This document shows positions 28,900 through 37,992 of a stretch of 64,000 nucleotides of DNA, piece after piece. Both the position numbers and the translations under genes were made by a program. Below the pieces are notes generated by a model that saw only the letters and a program-made list of their open reading frames with translations, was not told where the DNA came from and searched no databases. Positions within the stretch are counted from its first letter, which is position 1; each line of letters opens with the position of its first letter. The DNA comes from Candidatus Methanosuratincola verstraetei (GTDB taxonomy: Archaea; Thermoproteota; Methanomethylicia; Methanomethylicales; Methanomethylicaceae), in assembly GCA_049570475.1 (NCBI GenBank), contig CP186953.1, positions 192,001 to 256,000 on the forward strand, in the 5' to 3' direction.

Positions 28900-30087
28900 A
28901 TGGAGACAAAAGACAAAGTCCTGCTCGGCGTTTCCTCCAATATCCTTTTACTAGGCGTGGTAAGCTTCTTCACTGACATCAGCACAGAGCTCATAATGTC
29001 AGTGCTACCGACCTTCCTTGTGATATCCCTCGGGGCAACGCCTGAGATCGTTGGGACGATCGAGGGGATCGCAGAGAGCATGATCTCCTTCTTGAAGCTG
29101 GTCTCTGGAGCGATTGCTGACAGAACCGGAAAGAAGAAGAGGCTCACGGTCATCGGGTATGCCCTCTCAAACATCACAAAGCCCATCATGGGCTTCGCAA
29201 CAAGCTGGTGGGATGTCCTCGCCCTCAGGATAGGTGACCGCATTGGGAAAGGGCTGAGGACCGCGCCGAGGGATGCAATGATCGCCGACTCCTCTGACAG
29301 TAGGATCGGCAGATCGTTCGGCATACACAGGACGCTCGATCAGCTCGGGGCTGTAGTAGGACCCGTGCTTGCCTTTCTTCTGCTGATCCCTCTGGGTTAC
29401 GGCGGGATATTCCTTTTCACGGCGATTCCCGGGGCTATAGCGATAGCAATACTTGTAATCTTTGTGAAGGAGCCGCCTTCGAAGACCAAGCCAAACAAGG
29501 CGATACTGAAGAACGCAAGGGCGATAATGAACAGGAGCTTCTCGATGTACATAGTCTCTGCGACATTATACGCGGCCTCAGCAATCAGCTATGCTTTCAT
29601 TCTCTTAAGGGCTATAGAGGTCGGGATACCAGCCGAGATGACTGCCCTGGTCTACGCCCTCATACAGATCTTCCATGTGTTCTCGGGCGTGCCTGCAGGC
29701 GAGATCTCAGACAGGTTCGGGCGGATCAGGGCGGTGCAGGCAGGGTACTTGTTGCTACTTGCTGCATTCGCGACGATCGCATTCTCAACGGAGCCGTGGA
29801 CATTCCTCTTTGGGGTCATTCTATTCGGCATGCACCAGGGGACGGTTGAGACCTCGCAGCGGGCTGTAATACCTAGCCTTACCAAGGAAGAATTCAAGGG
29901 CACAGCCTACGGGGTCTACAACATGGCGGTAGGGGCAGTTGCACTGCCAACCAACATCGCGGCAGGTTTCATATACGCATCCCTAGGCAGCCAGTATGCA
30001 TTCCTGTACGGATCCATACTTGCACTCTTCGCGTCGCTGGCAATGGCTGCAACGCAGATGACGCTGAAGCGGAAAATGGAGAAATAA
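28900..30087 (+). CDS. MFS transporter
   Basis: SFFTDISTE, GAIADRTGKKK, DRIGKGLRTAPRDA, SDRFGR; about 12 TM. Confidence 0.92.
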   Translation: METKDKVLLGVSSNILLLGVVSFFTDISTELIMSVLPTFLVISLGATPEIVGTIEGIAESMISFLKLVSGAIADRTGKKKRLTVIGYALSNITKPIMGFATSWWDVLALRIGDRIGKGLRTAPRDAMIADSSDSRIGRSFGIHRTLDQLGAVVGPVLAFLLLIPLGYGGIFLFTAIPGAIAIAILVIFVKEPPSKTKPNKAILKNARAIMNRSFSMYIVSATLYAASAISYAFILLRAIEVGIPAEMTALVYALIQIFHVFSGVPAGEISDRFGRIRAVQAGYLLLLAAFATIAFSTEPWTFLFGVILFGMHQGTVETSQRAVIPSLTKEEFKGTAYGVYNMAVGAVALPTNIAAGFIYASLGSQYAFLYGSILALFASLAMAATQMTLKRKMEK

Positions 30088-30103
30088 GATGGGGCATTGA
30101 AGA

Positions 30104-30586
30104 TCAGTGCTTCAGCCTCATCTTCATCCATCCACGCCCATAGCAGCGGAAGCCGAGTTTCCTGTAAAAATCCTGCCGCTCTCCCCTTGCCCGCAGAGTA
30201 ATCCTTACCTGCGGTTCCTTGAAGCTCAGGTCAGCAATGCCTATCAATTCCTCTATTAGCTTGGATCCGATGCCCATGCCCCTCTCGCTGGGCAGCACTG
30301 CCACCCATTCTATCCTGACTGTTGGAACCTCTGTTTTCAGGCACCGCGCAGCGATCACCCCAACGACTTCCCTCTCTTTCCTGGCGACCAGGCATACCCA
30401 CCCCTTGTCGCACCTTATGATCCTCTTAGCTTCGCAGTACCAGCTCTTGATCTTGTAGTAGGAAGCCTCCCCAGGGAAAGACGCCTTCAGCACAAGGGCT
30501 ATGGAATCGAGATCCCTTGACAGCGCGGGGACTATCCTGATCTCAGGGGCACGTACTTCTTCGGTGCTGTTCTCGGCAAGGTACAT
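30104..30586 (-). CDS. GNAT family N-acetyltransferase
   Basis: VAVLPSERGMGIGSKL acetyl-CoA motif; FYRKLGF. Confidence 0.88.
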   Translation of the reverse strand: MYLAENSTEEVRAPEIRIVPALSRDLDSIALVLKASFPGEASYYKIKSWYCEAKRIIRCDKGWVCLVARKEREVVGVIAARCLKTEVPTVRIEWVAVLPSERGMGIGSKLIEELIGIADLSFKEPQVRITLRARGERQDFYRKLGFRCYGRGWMKMRLKH

Positions 30587-30607
30587 AGACCATCTACCAT
30601 CATGCGT

Positions 30608-31669
30608 TCAGGAGACGAGTTTTTCCACAACCTCCTCGAACGCCTTATTGTGGTACTCCTCGATCTTGCCCTTGTCGCAGGCGGCTGAGAGGGATGGGTC
30701 AATAGGCAACGAGCCAAGGAATTGTGTGTTTATCTGCTCGGCCATCAATTTGCCCCTGCTATCCCCGAAGAGCCGGATTATCTCGCCGCACTTCGGGCAC
30801 TGGACGTAGCTCATGTTCTCAAGAACCCCCACTATTGGAACTGCAAGCATCTTTGACATCTGGACTGCCTTTGAAACGATTACACCTGCAAGCTCCTGTG
30901 GCGAAGTTACCACCACTATCCCGTCGACAGGGAGGAGCTGCAGCACTGTGAGCTGGGCATCGCTTGTCCCAGGCGGGAGGTCGACAAGCAGATAGTCGAG
31001 CTCGCCCCAGTCGACATCAGTGTAGAACTGCTTGATTGCGGTGCTCACCAGAGGCCCTCTCCAGATCACTGGCGTCTCCTCATTGCCCAGAAGAAGGTTC
31101 ATCGAGATTATCTTGATCCCTTTGCTCGAGGTAGCAGGTATTATCTTCCCCTCGAGGACGAACGGCACCTCGTTGACGCCAAATATCTTGGGTATGCTGG
31201 GGCCTGTGATGTCAGCGTCCAATACGCCAACCTTCAGGCCACGCCGCTGCATGCCCACGGCAATCAAGGAAGTGACTGAAGACTTTCCGACCCCGCCCTT
31301 ACCGGACAGGATTGCCAAGATCCTCTTAATCCCGTGCTTCGGGAGCTTGCCAGGCATCGGGAGAGTCTTCCTCTTCTCCTTCAGCTTCTCGAGCAATGCG
31401 GACTTCTCTTCCTCGTTCATGACGTCAGTCTCGATGGAGACGGACGATACGCCACCAAGTCCCTTGATGACAGATTCAACATCATCCTTTATCCTGTCCA
31501 CTAGAGGGCAGGACTCGGATGTCAGGGCCAGAGTCACCGAGACCTTGTCCCCTTCAACCGCGACGCCCCTAACCATCCCGAGGGTCACTATGTCGATATC
31601 AATCTCAGGATCCACGACTTTACTTAAAGCATCCATGACCGCTTCCTTTGTGACCATCTCAGCCACCAC
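30608..31669 (-). CDS. Mrp/NBP35 Fe-S cluster carrier ATPase with N-terminal DUF59
   Basis: VVDPEIDIDIVTLG, SGKGGVGKS, DADITGPS, WRGP, DLPPGT, ENMS..CPKC. Confidence 0.93.
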   Translation of the reverse strand: MVAEMVTKEAVMDALSKVVDPEIDIDIVTLGMVRGVAVEGDKVSVTLALTSESCPLVDRIKDDVESVIKGLGGVSSVSIETDVMNEEEKSALLEKLKEKRKTLPMPGKLPKHGIKRILAILSGKGGVGKSSVTSLIAVGMQRRGLKVGVLDADITGPSIPKIFGVNEVPFVLEGKIIPATSSKGIKIISMNLLLGNEETPVIWRGPLVSTAIKQFYTDVDWGELDYLLVDLPPGTSDAQLTVLQLLPVDGIVVVTSPQELAGVIVSKAVQMSKMLAVPIVGVLENMSYVQCPKCGEIIRLFGDSRGKLMAEQINTQFLGSLPIDPSLSAACDKGKIEEYHNKAFEEVVEKLVS

Positions 31670-31719
31670 TACGCTAAAAACTGCCTATGCTTATAAACTT
31701 CACAGAAGGTTTTTTAATA

Positions 31720-31740
31720 TCGGATGGATAATCTATCCAT
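31720..31740. promoter_or_regulatory. Palindromic operator between TATA box and ECF S-component start
   Basis: TCGGATGGAT-A-ATCTATCCAT, directly after TTTTTAATA and abutting ATG 31741. Confidence 0.75.
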
Positions 31741-32313
31741 ATGATAAGGAACAACGGCAAGCTCTCAAGGACGCAGAAGATCACATACACAAGCCTTCTG
31801 ATTGCGCTTGCAGCGTCGTTGAGGCTTGTAAAGTACGCCATCTTTGGACCTGTCCAGTTTATCAATTTCCCAGGGATCTTCACCATATTGGGAGGGATAT
31901 TCTTCGGTCCTGTCACAGGAGGGGTGGTCGGAGTAGCCTCTTACCTGATATCAGACATGATAATCGGGTTCCCAGGCCCATGGACAGCAGTAAACTGCCT
32001 AATAATGGGTGCCGTAGGTTTCGGGGCGGGCCTCATATGGAAGAGGAAGGACAAGAACAGGATCTCAAGGACTGGCGTGCTTGTCGGGTGTTACATAATC
32101 ATGTTCGCATTCGATGTTGTGACGTCCTGGATCCTGCTAGTTATGATTGGCTGGGACGTGGCCTACGCCTTGGTGATCGGGTTGCTCGGGCTTTTCATAC
32201 CCACGCCGGCATCTGGAGGGTGGATGGTGGCAGTCGGCCCTATAACCGAGTTCACGACTGCCTCTGTGATAGCGATGCTTGTGCAGGTGCTTGCAAAGAA
32301 CAGAACTAGGTGA
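31741..32313 (+). CDS. ECF transporter S-component, CbrT (cobalamin)-like
   Basis: GIFFGPVTGGVVG..SYLISD, GPWT motif; about 6 TM. Confidence 0.75.
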   Translation: MIRNNGKLSRTQKITYTSLLIALAASLRLVKYAIFGPVQFINFPGIFTILGGIFFGPVTGGVVGVASYLISDMIIGFPGPWTAVNCLIMGAVGFGAGLIWKRKDKNRISRTGVLVGCYIIMFAFDVVTSWILLVMIGWDVAYALVIGLLGLFIPTPASGGWMVAVGPITEFTTASVIAMLVQVLAKNRTR

Positions 32314-32407
32314 CCGCCCGATTCGAGAAGCATTCGGCAACCTACCAAAGGAAACTATTTGGAGCGCCCGCCTACTCGCACAAAAAAGAAAAAAATGGAA
32401 AATTGGC

Positions 32408-32857
32408 TTAGAATTTAGTCAAGACCCACTTGACCGATTCCCCATTATTCAGGATGTACTGGTCAGCGCCTACAGGGCCCATCTCCCACTTGTTGTTTGA
32501 CCAGACATAATAGACCCAGTAGGTGTTCTGAGCAACGTTTTCAAAGACTCCGTTGATTCCATTAACCCAAGTGCCATACGAGTAAACTGTGTAGTTCACC
32601 TGTGCCGCTTTGAGAGTGGCATTGAGAAGGCTGAAGCCTACTGGCACATACGTGCCATTCTTCCATACGGTGGTGCCGTTCCCGTAGTCGATCCCCAGAT
32701 TGACCTTAATTGCGACGTCACCGATCACCGATTTGTAGTTGTCAATAATGATTTGCTGGCTCTGGGAATTCTGGTAGTAATAGGCCAGTCCGACTGTAGC
32801 CCCTACAGCCCATATCAAGAGCACACCTGAAATTATGGTCCACGTGTTGGTAGCCAT
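32408..32857 (-). CDS. Membrane-anchored DUF4430 (transcobalamin beta-domain-like) protein
   Basis: N-terminal TM; YGTWVNGINGV, YWVYYVW, GADQYILNNGESVKW. Confidence 0.8.
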   Translation of the reverse strand: MATNTWTIISGVLLIWAVGATVGLAYYYQNSQSQQIIIDNYKSVIGDVAIKVNLGIDYGNGTTVWKNGTYVPVGFSLLNATLKAAQVNYTVYSYGTWVNGINGVFENVAQNTYWVYYVWSNNKWEMGPVGADQYILNNGESVKWVLTKF

Positions 32858-32871
32858 TCAGATCGCCTATA

Positions 32872-32892
32872 ATGGATAGATAATCCATCCGT
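32872..32892. promoter_or_regulatory. Palindromic operator upstream of the DUF4430 gene
   Basis: ATGGATAGAT-A-ATCCATCCGT, directly downstream (minus strand) of TTTTTAAATA. Confidence 0.75.
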
Positions 32893-33022
32893 ATTTAAAA
32901 ACTTGACTGGGTGCAGCTTCATAACCATGTGATTGGCTGGAACCGCTAGGGTTAATTTGCAGGCCGGTTCCTTTTGATTCTTGGAAGTGTTTGGTACGCA
33001 GGCGTTGATCCCTGAAATAGGC

Positions 33023-33484
33023 ATGTTTGCAGTGCAGAAGCTCCCATACCATTCGTGCAGGAGGTGCGGCAGATGCTGCACCGCCAAGCTAATCCCACTG
33101 TACGAAAAGGATCTAGAGAGGCTCGGCGGCTTCAGAAGCTTTTACATGCCGACCAACAGCCTTGAGAGGGAGATCACAGGGGCAGCGTACAAGATGATGA
33201 TGGTCAACTCGAGGTGTGTGTTCTTAGACGGCACAATATGCAAGGTCTACGACATGAGGCCAGATACCTGCAGGAGGCACCCGTTCATAGTGACCAGGAA
33301 GAGGATCCTCGTCTCAGCAGCCTGCCCAGGAGTGGACTGGTCAAGGGAGAACAACGACCTTGATTACTACAGGACCCTCTCTTCAGGCATAAGCGAAAGA
33401 CTGGATCGGTTCATAGAAGCTAGATCCAGGCTCAGCTCTCGATGGACTCGACTCTTAGCCCCTGGTCAGAGACCGCAGCCCTGA
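33023..33484 (+). CDS. YkgJ-family CxxCxxCC cysteine-cluster protein
   Basis: CRRCGRCC, CVFL, CKVYDMRPDTCRRHPF, CPG. Confidence 0.88.
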   Translation: MFAVQKLPYHSCRRCGRCCTAKLIPLYEKDLERLGGFRSFYMPTNSLEREITGAAYKMMMVNSRCVFLDGTICKVYDMRPDTCRRHPFIVTRKRILVSAACPGVDWSRENNDLDYYRTLSSGISERLDRFIEARSRLSSRWTRLLAPGQRPQP

Positions 33485-34436
33485 ACGGCATACCCCCGAC
33501 TATCCGTATTGCAGTCGATACCTCCACCTCCCTGCCTGGGCAGAGAGCTATCATGCAGCCGCCGCCACCAGCGCCAGTCATCTTCGAACCAATTGCGCCA
33601 GCAAACCGGGCAGAATACACCATGTCATTGAGGGACTTTGAAGATACCCCCAAGGAGTCCAGCAGACCATGGTTGATGTTCATCAGCCTCCCCAAGGTAT
33701 CCAGATCCCCTGATGCTAGGGCATCCTTAGCGCGCTCGGAAATCCTGCCAATGCTCTGGAGTGTTGGCAAGACGATCTCAGGATATGCCTCCCGCAGAGC
33801 CTTCACCTTCCTGACCAGGTCGGATGTCCGGAACTCGCGTTCAGAATACCCCACGACCATTGGGAGTTCGCAGTTGATCGGAAGCTTCTCTACGGTCTGC
33901 TGTGCAGAGGGTTTGATGTACAGGATGCCCCCATACGTCGCAACGGAGGTGTCCATCGGGCTTGCCAGACCTTGGACCGCCAGCTCGGTCTGGTGGGCTA
34001 GTCGGGCAATTTCGCCCAGAGAGAGCTCCTCCCCCATAAGCATAGTGTAGGCAGCAACTGTGCCGACTGCCACCGCGGCTGATGTGCCGAGCCCAGCGCC
34101 CACAGGCATCTCCGACCTGATAGTGACGTTTACGCCACCCTTCTTGCCGAGCCTCTCGGAGACGGTCTCTATAGCCTTCCTAACGTATCCGACCGCCCCG
34201 ACGATCTTTCCATAATCAGCCTCAACTATCAGCTCGGGGCGTTCTTCGCTGTATGTCAGCACAACTCCTGGGACCTGGAGATCCATTGCAGCTATCTTTA
34301 TGAGCTTGTCTGATCGCCCTTCGACAGAAACAGTGAGCCTCTTGCCTATCGCGGCGACTAGGGCAGGCTCCCCGTAGACCACGGCATGCTCCCCGAAGAG
34401 GGAGACTTTACCTGGGACTGAGACCGTTACCCTCAT
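33432..34436 (-). CDS. mvk: Mevalonate kinase
   Basis: PGKVSLFGEHAVVYG, PVGAGLGTSAA, QGLASPMD, KMTGAGGGGC. Confidence 0.95.
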   Translation of the reverse strand: MRVTVSVPGKVSLFGEHAVVYGEPALVAAIGKRLTVSVEGRSDKLIKIAAMDLQVPGVVLTYSEERPELIVEADYGKIVGAVGYVRKAIETVSERLGKKGGVNVTIRSEMPVGAGLGTSAAVAVGTVAAYTMLMGEELSLGEIARLAHQTELAVQGLASPMDTSVATYGGILYIKPSAQQTVEKLPINCELPMVVGYSEREFRTSDLVRKVKALREAYPEIVLPTLQSIGRISERAKDALASGDLDTLGRLMNINHGLLDSLGVSSKSLNDMVYSARFAGAIGSKMTGAGGGGCMIALCPGREVEVSTAIRIVGGMPFRAAVSDQGLRVESIES

Positions 34437-34518
34437 CCCCGCACCAGCCTATATGGCTTTGAATTCTTTTAGTATTTAAATGTGTGAGAGGATAAACTAT
34501 GACAAGTCGAGGACTTGA

Positions 34519-35856
34519 GTGGGGTGGTTCACGATTAAGGAAAAGCTCTTCGAGATTGGCGACAGGGTGCGCAAGGGGTTCCTCTCGATGGGGGCAGACC
34601 AGGCAATAGTAATCCCGAGCCACATCGAGAGGCTCATGGTGAGGTTCTCAAACAACAAGACCACAGTGGTCCAGAACTGGAGCCTGATGGGCATTGATGC
34701 GCTGGCGGTCTTCGGGAAAAAGAAGGTCATAACTCGCATGGAGGATCTCTCTGAGGGAGGGATTGAAAGGGGGCTGGAACGGGCGGTCAAGTGCGCCCCA
34801 ATGGTTTCGGACTCAGAGACAATCACTGATGTTGAAGCGACAAAATTCCCTGACAGGCGGTCTGACCAGGCAATAGATCCGGAGAGGATCAACGACTGCA
34901 TCAGCAATTGCATAGATGCGGCGATGAAGGAAGGGGGCGAGAGGAGCGCCGGGATCTTCAATGCAGAGGCAAGGAAGGTCGCAATCCTGACCAGCAGCGG
35001 CGGGGAGGGGTATGATGAGAGGAGTTCCTTCGAGCTGAATGTCAGGTCATTCGCAGGCGAAGGATCAGGCCAGGGGCTGACATGCGCCACCGAAATGCGC
35101 GCGCTCGATGCCGATGGGGCGGGGAGGCGGGCGGGGATGATCGCGAGGATGTCGAGAGAGAGAGTGCAGTGGAGCGAAGGGAGTTACGAAGTCTTACTTG
35201 GGCCGATAATATTTGCGAACCTTATCGAGAGGGTTGGGGACGCGAGCTCTGCGTTCAGTGTTGAGGCGGGCGTGTCATTCCTCTCCGGCAAGATGGGGGA
35301 GAAGGTCGCTCCTGAAATGGTTACGATCGAGGATGACGGTTCAGATCCAAATGGGCTCAATTCAAGGACTTTCGACGACGAATGCGTCCCAGTGCGCAAG
35401 ACAGCGATTGTCGCAGAGGGGAGGATGTCGGCGTACCTCCATAACAAGTCGACAGCGAAGAGGTTCGGCACGATCAGCACAGGCAATGCAGGCTGGGTGG
35501 CGCCATCGCCCTGGAACCTGAAGGTATCCGCAGGCGACATCAGCATGGATGAGATGATCAGCGAGATGAGGAGGGGGGTCTACGTTGTCAGCAACTGGTA
35601 CACGAGGTTCCAGAACTATGCGACCGGAGACTTCTCGACGATATGCAGGGACGGGACCTTCCTCGTCGAGGGCGGAGAGGTGAAAGGCGCCCTAAGGGGC
35701 GTCAGGATAAGCGACAATATGCTCAGGATACTCGGATCGATCAGGCAAGTCAGCTCTGACAGGAACTGGGTACGCTGGTGGGAGGTCCGCACGCCCGCAC
35801 TCGTGCCTGCAGTTCTCGCCTCTGGCGTCATGCTGACGAAGGCACAGGGAAGCTGA
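34519..35856 (+). CDS. TldD/PmbA family protein (PmbA/TldE-like)
   Basis: VRFSNN, FDDECVP, STGNAG, TGDFST, RISDN; no HExxH. Confidence 0.88.
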   Translation: MGWFTIKEKLFEIGDRVRKGFLSMGADQAIVIPSHIERLMVRFSNNKTTVVQNWSLMGIDALAVFGKKKVITRMEDLSEGGIERGLERAVKCAPMVSDSETITDVEATKFPDRRSDQAIDPERINDCISNCIDAAMKEGGERSAGIFNAEARKVAILTSSGGEGYDERSSFELNVRSFAGEGSGQGLTCATEMRALDADGAGRRAGMIARMSRERVQWSEGSYEVLLGPIIFANLIERVGDASSAFSVEAGVSFLSGKMGEKVAPEMVTIEDDGSDPNGLNSRTFDDECVPVRKTAIVAEGRMSAYLHNKSTAKRFGTISTGNAGWVAPSPWNLKVSAGDISMDEMISEMRRGVYVVSNWYTRFQNYATGDFSTICRDGTFLVEGGEVKGALRGVRISDNMLRILGSIRQVSSDRNWVRWWEVRTPALVPAVLASGVMLTKAQGS

Positions 35857-35902
35857 TCTTCCTGCCACTCGTTTCTTTTATTTTTTGGATCGCACGCACC
35901 AA

Positions 35903-37288
35903 TCACGCCATATTCTGATCAGAGATCCTGAGGGCCTTGTCGAGTGCTTCGATCCCGATATCGATCTCGGACTCTGTGATTATCAGGGGCGGCGCTATCA
36001 CCAAGTGGTTTATCCAAGCGTACTGGTAGACGCCCAAGCGGTACATCTCGGACGCTATGCGATCTGCCATCAGCTGAAGCCCTCTTGCCTTGTCTGCGCG
36101 TGTGTTGAAAGGCAGGCGCTTCGACCGGTCTCTCGTCAACTCGAGTGCCCAGAATAGCCCCATGCCCCTGATGTCGCCCACAGAAGGGTGTGACTCCTTC
36201 AGCTCTTCCAAGCGCCTATGCATGTAGCCGCCGATCCTCCTGACATGGTTGAGGAGATCCATCCTCCTGAACTCAGATATCACTGCGGGCACGGCAGCCA
36301 AGGAGATCGGGTGGGCCTCATAGGTGTGCCCGTGTGTGAAGCCTGTCTTTTCCGCCTCCTCTGCAACATCCCGCCTCACCGCGGTAATACCCAGAGGGGC
36401 GTAGGCGCCCGTGCTCCCCTTCGCAGTAGTTATTATGTCGGGCGTAATGCCCCAGTGCTCAAACGAGAACCATGTGCCTGTCCGCCCCCAGCCAGCCATC
36501 ACCTCATCCGCGATGAAGATAAGGCCGAACTCCTCGGCAACCCTCTTCAAGCGCGGGAGGTATTCGTCGACAGGGACTATCACGCCATTTGTCCCCACGA
36601 TCGGCTCCACGATGATCCCGGCGACGTTCCCCTCGTTCTCGACCAGGTACCGAACGTATTCTGCGCAGGCAACTCCGCACTCGGGATATGACAGACTGAA
36701 GGGGCACCTGTAGCAGTAGCAGTCCGGCGCAAAGACCACCCCGGGTATCTTGCCTGCGGGCTCTGCGCCCAGGCGGCGCGGGTCCCCCGTGCAAGATATC
36801 GCGCCAGCGGTTGATCCGTGGTAAGAAGCGTACCTTGAGATGATCTTGTAAGCCCCGCGAGACCTCTGGAAGTGCCTCACTATCCCCAATGCGGCTTCAT
36901 TCGCCTCGCTCCCTGAGGTCGAGAAGAGCATCTTGTCCAGGCCTCGCGGAAAAATCTCGGAGAGGGATTTTGCAGCCTTAGCCCGAACTTCCAATGCGAA
37001 AGCAGGGCTCAAGAATGGCATCTTTGCCGCTTGATCAGCGATCGCTTCGATCACAGCCCTGTTCTTGTGCCCCAAGTTTGAGCACATCAGCTGTGAAGAG
37101 AAGTCGAGGATCCTCCTGCCCGAAGCTTCTTTGAGGAAGACCCCCTCAGCGTCGACGATCTGCACGGGCTTTTCCCACCCTCTCTGCCTCCACCAGGTAT
37201 TGAATAGATGGATCGACTGATCTCTGCTGGTGCTTTCCCCCGCACCCTCCCCTTCGACTCTGTGCTTGTCCTGCAAGAGAGACACCAA
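35903..37288 (-). CDS. Class III PLP-dependent aminotransferase
   Basis: DFSSQL, SGSEANE, SYHG, EPIVG, ADEVMAGWGRTG, TTAKG, HGHTY. Confidence 0.92.
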   Translation of the reverse strand: MVSLLQDKHRVEGEGAGESTSRDQSIHLFNTWWRQRGWEKPVQIVDAEGVFLKEASGRRILDFSSQLMCSNLGHKNRAVIEAIADQAAKMPFLSPAFALEVRAKAAKSLSEIFPRGLDKMLFSTSGSEANEAALGIVRHFQRSRGAYKIISRYASYHGSTAGAISCTGDPRRLGAEPAGKIPGVVFAPDCYCYRCPFSLSYPECGVACAEYVRYLVENEGNVAGIIVEPIVGTNGVIVPVDEYLPRLKRVAEEFGLIFIADEVMAGWGRTGTWFSFEHWGITPDIITTAKGSTGAYAPLGITAVRRDVAEEAEKTGFTHGHTYEAHPISLAAVPAVISEFRRMDLLNHVRRIGGYMHRRLEELKESHPSVGDIRGMGLFWALELTRDRSKRLPFNTRADKARGLQLMADRIASEMYRLGVYQYAWINHLVIAPPLIITESEIDIGIEALDKALRISDQNMA

Positions 37289-37419
37289 ACGATTGGTCTA
37301 CTCCCCTGATCCGATAATAAGCTTTCCCGGCACCTCTTTCTTGACTGGATCGTGTTGCGCCCACAGCGCATGGTTTAAGAGAAGGCAATCCCGCTATCCT
37401 CCAGCAGGCAGAGGATTTT

Positions 37420-37899
37420 GTGATGTCCCTTAGAGTCGGATTTAACATGGGGCCCAAGAAATACTTCATTTTCCCCCTGGTGGCTATCCCTCTGTCGCTG
37501 CTCTTGATCCTCGGGCTAAACACCTACTTCGGCAGGGACATCCAGCCAACTGCCTTTGCCTTGTTGAGCGTGGAGGGGGGTCCAGAAACAGGGGAATACA
37601 GGTTTACAATAGCCCTCGTGAACCAGAACGGCACCAACGGGCCTGCTGACGGATACATAAAGCTCAAGGTGGCCAACCAAAAAGGAGAGGAAGTCTACAG
37701 CGGCAACTTTCGGGTGAAGTCAGAGGAGTTCCGCGAGGTCAGGGTGGATGGCGGGGCTAGGCTTGTCGGCTTCAGCTGGACCGTCCCCGCGGCAAACCTC
37801 AGCACCGCTGATGGGGGCGGAAAGGGCACCGCAGAGATCGTGTTCCTCTCCCTGTATGGCAGTTCAGTGACAGGGACGCTCGAGATGGAGCTGCCATAG
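37420..37899 (+). CDS. Hypothetical membrane-anchored beta-rich protein
   Basis: N-terminal hydrophobic helix followed by an Ig-like strand pattern. Confidence 0.65.
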   Translation: MMSLRVGFNMGPKKYFIFPLVAIPLSLLLILGLNTYFGRDIQPTAFALLSVEGGPETGEYRFTIALVNQNGTNGPADGYIKLKVANQKGEEVYSGNFRVKSEEFREVRVDGGARLVGFSWTVPAANLSTADGGGKGTAEIVFLSLYGSSVTGTLEMELP

Positions 37900-37992
37900 T
37901 GTGGCGGAGAAGCGAAGAACGCCTTTGCATCCTTGCCGACAGGGTTAAGAGATTCGAGGAAAGACAGCATCACAGGGATTACGTTGGCGAAG

